DNA of 51,288 bases, taken from positions 1 through 51,288 of the forward strand of contig CAYTED010000009.1 of assembly GCA_964436855.1 (NCBI GenBank), read 5' to 3'. A model generated the notes under the pieces. The model searched no databases, was not told where the DNA came from, and saw only the letters and a program-made list of their open reading frames with translations. Numbering within the stretch: position 1 is the stretch's first letter; each line of letters begins with the position of its first letter. The DNA comes from an uncultured Bdellovibrionales bacterium (GTDB lineage: Bacteria; Patescibacteriota; Minisyncoccia; Moranbacterales; UBA1568). The position numbers and the translations under genes are program-made. Of the stretch, positions 9,514 to 16,266 are shown in pieces.

Positions 9514-9600
9514 GCCCGGGTGGCGGAATTGGTAGACGCACGGGACTCAAAATCCCGCGATAGCAATATCATGAGAGTTCGATTCTCTCCTCGGGCACCA
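9514..9600 (+). tRNA. tRNA-Leu(CAA)
   Basis: Acceptor GCCCGGG/CTCGGGC-A-CCA, D-loop GGAATTGGTAGAC, anticodon loop CTCAAAA, long variable arm, T-loop GTTCGATT. Confidence 0.97.
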
Positions 9601-9611
9601 GCACAATATAC

Positions 9612-9718
9612 ACCAGGGTGATGTCAGGCGTGGCAAAATCCAATGATAGCAATATTATGAGAGTTTCTTGTCTGCCATACTGCAAGGCTGTAGGCGGAGA
9701 GTCTCTCCTTGGGTACAA
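9612..9718 (+). pseudogene. Degenerate second copy of tRNA-Leu interrupted by a hairpin
   Basis: ccagggtg, aaaatccaatgatagcaatattatgagagtt and tctctccttgggtac match segments of the adjacent tRNA; about 35 extra nt sit in the T-loop. Confidence 0.6.
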
Positions 9719-9810
9719 AAAGTTATCAGATTTTCACAGAGGTGCCTGCCTGCCAAGTAAGGCAAGGATCGTAATCTTTGACCAGCACGTTTCTCTCTTG
9801 TACTTAATGC

Positions 9811-9836
9811 CAAAAACCCCGCAGAAGCTGCGGGGG
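9811..9836 (-). terminator. Intrinsic terminator for the 9852..10682 gene
   Basis: CCCCGCAG-aag-CTGCGGGG hairpin followed by T5 on the minus strand. Confidence 0.7.
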
Positions 9837-9851
9837 CTATTAGTATAAATC

Positions 9852-10682
9852 TTACAATTGGCAATTGCTTGCTATTGAGCCACCAGGGATATCAACTTGT
9901 CTTGATACTTCATTATTCCGCGTTGCCGTAGGATCGGTAGATTTAAAAGAATATCCTCCATTGAGCATAAGTTGTGAGGGTGGCGGAAGAAAAATTTGTG
10001 CTGTTACAGCGGACTGCGCTGCCCAATACGTAAAGAAAACCATAATACCCTGTGGATTATAAATAACGAGCCTTAGCTCAGAGCCTACCGCAGAACTGCC
10101 TGCAGTACTTGCAATCCAACCATTATTTTTTGTTATAGAAGTTGTTAAAGGCACAGTGGAGGAAGAAGTAGCAGTAACGGATGAGCCATCACTTGCCACA
10201 GAAACACGTATACTCAATGGACCATGAGATGGAGTTGGTGGGAGAGTCTGGGTAATGGTTTTTCCGCCATAGGCTCTTGCAAGTCCAGAATCAGTATAGC
10301 AAGAATCGATACCATAGCTTCCTCCAGCTGCTTTTCTCCAGAAAAGGGGATTTCCTGGAATTGCTTGACAGGAAAGAATTACTCCACTGGAATCTTTCGC
10401 CATAAGCCCGGGGAGCGCGCCAAAAGGACAGGGAGCTCCTTCGATCGCAAGACCATTCACCTGAATCATCAACACCGCGAGATTTCCAAGCAATCCTAGT
10501 GACCCTTGTTTTATTTGATTGACGAAAGAGGTGGTAAGAGGCGCATCAACCACGCCACTCGGAGGGTCTTGCACCGGACTTGTCCATGCACGAACCACCT
10601 GCAATGAAAGACCGACCATAAGGCCAATAGCTGTCACACCGAGCCAGTAGGTTATTCGGCTCGAAAAAGATTTCTGTTGCAT
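9852..10682 (-). CDS. Secreted/surface protein, AWTxPxxxPP family, with a PilV-like Cys motif
   Basis: Leader TYWLGVTAIGLMVGLSLQVVRA/WTSPVQDPPSGVVDAPL parallels 4724..5542; contains GAPCPFGALPGLMAKDSSGVILSCQ..FWRKA; candidate extended -10 TGATATAAT at 10722-10714. Confidence 0.8.
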   Translation of the reverse strand: MQQKSFSSRITYWLGVTAIGLMVGLSLQVVRAWTSPVQDPPSGVVDAPLTTSFVNQIKQGSLGLLGNLAVLMIQVNGLAIEGAPCPFGALPGLMAKDSSGVILSCQAIPGNPLFWRKAAGGSYGIDSCYTDSGLARAYGGKTITQTLPPTPSHGPLSIRVSVASDGSSVTATSSSTVPLTTSITKNNGWIASTAGSSAVGSELRLVIYNPQGIMVFFTYWAAQSAVTAQIFLPPPSQLMLNGGYSFKSTDPTATRNNEVSRQVDIPGGSIASNCQL

Positions 10683-10749
10683 ATTTATTTTTCTTCTTTA
10701 ATGACTCGAGAAAATTATATCATTTACCAGTGACAAAAAAAAGCAATTG

Positions 10750-10980
10750 TCAATCCTTCATTGCTGAAAACCACTTCGATGGTCGTTTTTTTCTCAAGAA
10801 AGAGCCGAGAGCAAGGATCCCTCCAACAACAAAAACTCCAACCGTGTTCTGAAGAAGGTGTACAAATATATGTTCAGACACTTCATAGACCTCTTCATGT
10901 AGCCCGTGTGCGGATACAACAGAAATCGAAGTAAAAAAAGAGATCAGGAAAACACTGGTCGTTATAACATGTTTCTTCAT
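10750..10980 (-). CDS. Small hypothetical membrane protein (76 aa)
   Basis: MKKHVITTSVFLISFFTSISVVSAHG signal-like leader plus a second TM; start taken at an internal ATG of the track ORF. Confidence 0.45.
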   Translation of the reverse strand: MKKHVITTSVFLISFFTSISVVSAHGLHEEVYEVSEHIFVHLLQNTVGVFVVGGILALGSFLRKKRPSKWFSAMKD

Positions 10981-11034
10981 AAATGTTGCATCTATTACTA
11001 AACGAAGCGAGCGAAAAGAAATGCTGATTTTTTT

Positions 11035-11152
11035 CAAGCGAGTGCCGGTAAAATCGGGTGAACACTCCGCGGCTTGCCGCGGAAGGATTGGGTCCAGAGC
11101 TTGCCCGCCCGCAACGATTCGCGTAGCGATTCGGGCAGGCCCTGGGACCAAT
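11035..11152. repeat. Cluster of REP-like palindromes downstream of folD
   Basis: ccgcggcttgccgcgg hairpin, and ttgggtccag..cttgcccgcccgcaacgattcgcgtagcgattcgggcaggc..ctgggaccaa nested hairpin. Confidence 0.55.
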
Positions 11153-11172
11153 ACCCGTTATTTTTTTCTATT

Positions 11173-12006
11173 CTACCTCTCTTTCTTCGAAAGCGCCAAT
11201 ACCTTGCGCAAGAGGCAGGCAATCGTTACCGGACCGACGCCGCCGGGAACCGGAGAAAGAAACCCCGCTTTTTCGGAAACACTCTCCCGATCGACATCTC
11301 CTACCACGTTGCCATCCACCTTCGAAATTCCCCCATCAAGCAGCATCGCACCCTCGGTGATATCGCTCGCCGAGAGAAGTTTTGGGATACCGCAGGCGGT
11401 TATAATCACGCCTGCATTTCGCAAACGATCATCTGTTTTCTGTAAGCGATCCGGAGAAATCACGATCATTTCCATTCCCTCATTTTCACACGCCTTTCGC
11501 ATCACCGCTCCAAAATAATCCGAATTCGCGAGAATCACTCCGGAAAGTCCGTCGAGTGTTCGCCCCGAAGAGCGAGCGAGTTCGAGAAGCGCCTCGGGAA
11601 ACACCGGGATTTTCCCTGTACCCCCCGAAAGAAACGCCTTAATATTATCCCGATGAAATCCGTCCGCATCTTTTTTGGGGTCGATCGCCGATATGATTGC
11701 ATCCGTATCAAGCCCATCCGGAAGCGGCACCTGAACAATAATTCCGTGAATATTTTCCCGACGATTGAGTTCTTCTATCGTCCCGATAATTTCTTCCTCG
11801 CGCGTCGATTCCGAAAACAAAAATTTCTCAAAACGAATGCCAGCGTCGCTCGCCGCTTTTTCTTTCAGGCCTACATACAGGTGCGATGCCGGATCGTTCC
11901 CCACAAGAAGAACCGCAAGTCCGGGCGCGGTGTTACGCAGAGAAATTTCCGCCTTCACATTGGCAAGAATTTTTTGCGCTATCGGTTTTCCGGAAAGAAT
12001 TTCCAT
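11173..12006 (-). CDS. folD: Bifunctional methylene-THF dehydrogenase/cyclohydrolase
   Basis: PGLAVLLVG..ASHLYVGLKEK, GIIVQVPLP, KDADGF, GDVD, SPVPGGVGPVTIACL; start set at MEILSGK. Confidence 0.93.
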   Translation of the reverse strand: MEILSGKPIAQKILANVKAEISLRNTAPGLAVLLVGNDPASHLYVGLKEKAASDAGIRFEKFLFSESTREEEIIGTIEELNRRENIHGIIVQVPLPDGLDTDAIISAIDPKKDADGFHRDNIKAFLSGGTGKIPVFPEALLELARSSGRTLDGLSGVILANSDYFGAVMRKACENEGMEMIVISPDRLQKTDDRLRNAGVIITACGIPKLLSASDITEGAMLLDGGISKVDGNVVGDVDRESVSEKAGFLSPVPGGVGPVTIACLLRKVLALSKKER

Positions 12007-12025
12007 AACAAAAAAACGCCTACGC

Positions 12026-12793
12026 TTACCAAACAATGAATAAAAAGAATATTGCGACAACTATCCGATACGCGCCGAACAGGAGAAAAGTATGGGTTTT
12101 GATAAAACGCAGCAAGAATCGTATCGCCACAAGCGCCACCGCAAACGAAACAAGAAATCCCACTCCGAGAAGCTCCCACTCCGTCGATACAAAAGATCTT
12201 CCGTTTTTCAGAAGATCGTACGCCGTCGCAACAATCATCGTTGGAACCGCGAGGAGAAAAGAAAACTCCACGATCGCTTCACGCTTCATTCCCAAAAACA
12301 ATCCTCCGACAATAGTCGCCGCCGAACGCGACACGCCGGGGACAATGGAGATCGCCTGAAACAATCCGAGCTTCACCGCCATCCCGTACGGCATCATCGC
12401 AAGATCGACAAGCGCTTCTTCTTTTTCGCGATGCCACTTCTCAAACAAGACGAGCGCCACTCCTCCGATAAAAAGCGATGCCACCACGACAAGCGGCGAT
12501 CCAAGCAGATGTTTCACGGTTTTATAAAAAAGAAATCCGATCATACCCGTCGGCACAAACGCCACCGCCAACCGTTTGAGAATTTCGATATTCAAAAACC
12601 GACTCCGACCATACCATACTATTACCGAGAGAATCGCTCCGAGTTGAATCGCAATTTCAAACGATTTTGTAAACGCGTCATCCGAGATGCCAATCAGGCT
12701 TGAGGCGAGAATCATATGTCCGGTCGAAGAAACCGGAAAAAACTCCGTCAGCCCCTCAACGATACCAAGAATGATTGCCTGAAAAAAATCCAT
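12026..12793 (-). CDS. uppP: Undecaprenyl-diphosphatase
   Basis: GIVEGLTEFFPVSSTGH, PGVSRSAATI, EFSFLLAVP, FGAYRI. Confidence 0.96.
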   Translation of the reverse strand: MDFFQAIILGIVEGLTEFFPVSSTGHMILASSLIGISDDAFTKSFEIAIQLGAILSVIVWYGRSRFLNIEILKRLAVAFVPTGMIGFLFYKTVKHLLGSPLVVVASLFIGGVALVLFEKWHREKEEALVDLAMMPYGMAVKLGLFQAISIVPGVSRSAATIVGGLFLGMKREAIVEFSFLLAVPTMIVATAYDLLKNGRSFVSTEWELLGVGFLVSFAVALVAIRFLLRFIKTHTFLLFGAYRIVVAIFFLFIVW

Positions 12794-12868
12794 ACTCTCG
12801 AAAAAACAGTTATCGAAACATTCATTTTTCTTATCTCTCGTTTTCTCTTTTCTGTATTCTTGCGGTCT

Positions 12869-13540
12869 TTAAAACAGGCTCGCCGTCGGCTTTGCCCCAA
12901 CGAGAGGCGCGTGCTCGTTTTTCACCGACTCAAGCAGATCCTTTTGTCCGTGCAATTCCGCGATTTTTTTCCAATCCCTGAATTCCGGATACTTTTCAAG
13001 CTCTTTCTCGATCACCTCAACCGTAACACGCACATCTCCCGCCGCCGTATGCGCAGCCGTATGCGCTTCTCCGCAAAAAAGTTTATATGCCGCCGAGAGA
13101 TTCCGCGCCGATACCATATCGCGCGGCACGACTTTATGATAGAGCACTTTTCCGTCGAGAATCCGTTTCGTCGTAAAATCGAAATTTTTTCCCACAGTCG
13201 CGAATTCCGCCCGCAAAAACGGAAGGTCGAACCCAATCACATTGAACCCGCCGACATCCGCCCCGTCAAACACACTCCACAATTCAAATGAGAGCGACGC
13301 GAAACTCGGCGCGTCTTTCACGTCTTCATCCGTAATGCCATTGATCCGCGATGCTTCTTCAGGAATGGGACGTCCCGGGTTAATCCGATGCACCTTTGCA
13401 AGAATTTCTCCATTCGGATAAATCTTCTCGTATCCGATTTCCACCATTTTATCTTCTCCAATTTCAAGCCCTGTTGTTTCTAGGTCAAAAATCACGAGCG
13501 GTCGAGAAAGCGGAAGAAGCTCCGGAATAATGGATTGCAT
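12869..13540 (-). CDS. DEDDh 3'-5' exonuclease (DNA polymerase III epsilon-like)
   Basis: VIFDLETTG, FNVIGFDLPFL, HTAAGD; start set at MQSIIP. Confidence 0.88.
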   Translation of the reverse strand: MQSIIPELLPLSRPLVIFDLETTGLEIGEDKMVEIGYEKIYPNGEILAKVHRINPGRPIPEEASRINGITDEDVKDAPSFASLSFELWSVFDGADVGGFNVIGFDLPFLRAEFATVGKNFDFTTKRILDGKVLYHKVVPRDMVSARNLSAAYKLFCGEAHTAAHTAAGDVRVTVEVIEKELEKYPEFRDWKKIAELHGQKDLLESVKNEHAPLVGAKPTASLF

Positions 13541-13696
13541 ACTTATGAATATACGTTTATCATTCAATGTTTTCCATTCTCGCACATATTTCTCTTTTCT
13601 TCCATTGTCTCCGCTTGCTTCCCTTTCACTTTTCCTTTTTTCTTTCTCTGCGCCGGTTTCGAGGAATTTTCTCTTTTCTCAACTCCCTGCTTTCCT

Positions 13697-15562
13697 TTAC
13701 TCCACCGTAACGCTCTTTGCAAGGTTGCGCGGTTTATCGATGTCGTACCCGCGTTCCAGCGCGACATAGTAAGCAAAGAGTTGGAGCGGAAGCGCGGCAA
13801 GTATCGGATTGAGCATCTCTCTTGTTTTTGGGATGAAAAATGTATCTGTCGCCTTCTTTTGTATCGCCATATCTCCCTCGGTCGCAATCGCGAACACTTT
13901 CCCGCCGCGCGCAAGCACCTCTTCGATCCCGCTCATATTCTTCTCGTAGACGCTGTCTTTCGGAACTATTCCTATCACACACATATCATCGTCGACGAGC
14001 GCGATCGGCCCGTGCTTCATCTCGCCCGTCGGATACCCTTGTGCCGGCACATAGGCGATCTCTTTTATTTTGAGCGCGCCCTCAAGTGCAAGCGGGAAAT
14101 TATGTATCCGTCCGAGATACATATATTGCATCGTTTTCGCGTATTTTTTCGCGAGCGCTCTGATCGTCTCCGCTTGCGTGAGAATTTTTTCCATTTGTTT
14201 CGGAATCTTTTCGATTGCTTTTACTGCCTGTTTTATTTTCTCCGCCGATAATCCGCGATCTTTCCCGAGAAAAACCGCAAGGAGCGAGAAAATCGCGAGC
14301 TGCGAGGTGAATGCCTTGGTCGAAGCGACACTGATCTCCGGTCCCGCATGGCAATACATCCCGGCATTCGTTTCACGTGCGATACTCGACCCGACAACAT
14401 TGACAATTCCAATCGTGAGCGCCCCTTGTCGTTTTGCCTCTCGAAGCGCTGCAAGCGTATCAGCTGTTTCTCCGGATTGCGACACGGCAATAACAGCGGT
14501 TCTCTTATCAAGAATCGGTTTTCGATATCGGAATTCCGATGCTGTCTCGACTTCGGTCGGAATACGCGCGAGCTCTTCGATCATATATTCCGCGACCAAT
14601 CCCGAATGGTATGATGTCCCGCATGAAACAATCACGATACGATTGATCGATCGCAGTTTTCTCTCAATCGATTTCAATCCACCCAGTCGCACCGAACCTT
14701 CTTTCACGAGAAGCCTCCCTCGAAGCGCGTCGGCAAATGTCCGCGGCTGCTCGAAAATTTCCTTCAGCATAAAATGCGGGTACTCGCCCTTTCCTGATGC
14801 CGTGGATGCAGGGTCGATATCGATGGAATCCTTCTTTCTTTCCTTTCCCGAACGGGTTTTCACAACAAACGATCCGCTTTCGATCGACGCCTGCTCGTAG
14901 TCGTCAAGATACACCGCTTTTCGGATATTTCCCGACATTGCCGAGACATCGGATGCGATACAGATTCCCTCCTTGCCGATTCCGATTACAAGCGGACTCG
15001 AGAGTCGCGCCGCACACAACTTCCCCGGTTCATCCGCCGAAAGCGCGACAATGCCGTACGCGCCGCGAAGTTTCTTTATCGCTTTCCCAAACGCCTCTTC
15101 GAAATTTTTTTCTCCTCGCGCATATTCTTCTTCGATCAGGTGCGCGATCACTTCGGTATCCGTTTCCGATCGGAATCGATGCCCCTTTCGTTCAAGCTCT
15201 TCTTTCAGTTCCCGATAATTTTCGATAATGCCATTGTGTACAATCGCTATTTTTCCACTGCAATCGATATGCGGATGCGCGTTTTTTTCCGATGGTTTCC
15301 CATGGGTCGCCCACCGTGTGTGTGCGATGCCGATACATCCTCCTATATCGGACGGTAATTTTTCTTCAAGATTGACGACTTTCCCTGATGATTTCACCAC
15401 CCGCATTCGATTTTTTGGATCTCGAATTTTGACTTTTGATTTTTGATGTTCAAGAACAGCAATACCGGCGGAATCATACCCGCGATACTCGAGTCGCTTG
15501 AGTCCCTCGATGAGAAACGCCTTCGCCGGTTTTTTCCCGACATAGCCCACAATGCCACACAT
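13697..15562 (-). CDS. glmS: Glutamine--fructose-6-phosphate aminotransferase
   Basis: MCGIVG, LEYRGYDSAG, HTRWATHG, SQSGETADT, EGALKIKE, DKPRNLAKSVTVE. Confidence 0.98.
   Translation of the reverse strand: MCGIVGYVGKKPAKAFLIEGLKRLEYRGYDSAGIAVLEHQKSKVKIRDPKNRMRVVKSSGKVVNLEEKLPSDIGGCIGIAHTRWATHGKPSEKNAHPHIDCSGKIAIVHNGIIENYRELKEELERKGHRFRSETDTEVIAHLIEEEYARGEKNFEEAFGKAIKKLRGAYGIVALSADEPGKLCAARLSSPLVIGIGKEGICIASDVSAMSGNIRKAVYLDDYEQASIESGSFVVKTRSGKERKKDSIDIDPASTASGKGEYPHFMLKEIFEQPRTFADALRGRLLVKEGSVRLGGLKSIERKLRSINRIVIVSCGTSYHSGLVAEYMIEELARIPTEVETASEFRYRKPILDKRTAVIAVSQSGETADTLAALREAKRQGALTIGIVNVVGSSIARETNAGMYCHAGPEISVASTKAFTSQLAIFSLLAVFLGKDRGLSAEKIKQAVKAIEKIPKQMEKILTQAETIRALAKKYAKTMQYMYLGRIHNFPLALEGALKIKEIAYVPAQGYPTGEMKHGPIALVDDDMCVIGIVPKDSVYEKNMSGIEEVLARGGKVFAIATEGDMAIQKKATDTFFIPKTREMLNPILAALPLQLFAYYVALERGYDIDKPRNLAKSVTVE
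15413..15447. repeat. Period-7 array inside glmS
   Basis: ttttgga tctcgaa ttttgac ttttgat ttttgat; encodes the HQKSKVKIRDPKN loop. Confidence 0.55.
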
Positions 15563-15636
15563 ATTTTTGAAGAATCAACGATTGAGAATCCTTGAGAAAA
15601 ATTACCAAACGGAAAACATTTCTGCGTACCAACCCC

Positions 15637-16263
15637 CTACCCCTTTTTCAGCATATCAATAATACTACTCAAGGTGTCCGTATGATACCGCGCGAAACAT
15701 TCAGCACAATCATCATCACTCCCTGCGCGCAACAGATGTACACTTTGTATAGAAGGATTTTTTTGTGGAAGAGAAAAGTAACTTTTGTGATCATCGACAA
15801 ATATCACATCCTCATCTGCCTCCATCACTTTTTCAATAATGTCCCACTTGCTTTCATTTGTCACCAATACCTGTTCGACCGATCGATCAAGTCCCGACCC
15901 TCTTATTTTCGTGCTTTGAAATTCAGCGTCACCAAATGTCAAAATAATCCGCTCATGCTCTGACACACCATCAAGAAACTCCCTCACTTCATCAAAGACA
16001 AACCTTTCCCCGTCTGCAGTGATATCACGAAGCAGCTTCGCAAAAGATCGTTTTGATGCTGCCGGCGCAAGCATTCGCAAAATCTTTTCGTGACGTTCGG
16101 GAGAATAGAGATATCCACTCATTCCATCTCCTCTTGCAAAGTACGTCCTTGATTGCTCGTATATTTCTTTTGAAATTCCTTCCGTCTCAAGTTTTTCTTG
16201 AGACAATCGAAGGACCGCATCCAGATCGTACAGTGTTCGATCAAACTCAAGAAATATCTTCAT
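15637..16263 (-). CDS. HAD-superfamily hydrolase-like protein
   Basis: Motif I variant EFDRTLYD, ILTFGDAEFQSTKI, VIFVDD. Confidence 0.7.
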   Translation of the reverse strand: MKIFLEFDRTLYDLDAVLRLSQEKLETEGISKEIYEQSRTYFARGDGMSGYLYSPERHEKILRMLAPAASKRSFAKLLRDITADGERFVFDEVREFLDGVSEHERIILTFGDAEFQSTKIRGSGLDRSVEQVLVTNESKWDIIEKVMEADEDVIFVDDHKSYFSLPQKNPSIQSVHLLRAGSDDDCAECFARYHTDTLSSIIDMLKKG

Positions 16264-16266
16264 ACT

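Noticed and set aside
15563-15636. glmS ribozyme
   Set aside because: Only about 75 nt separate the upstream stop from glmS and no ribozyme core is recognisable.
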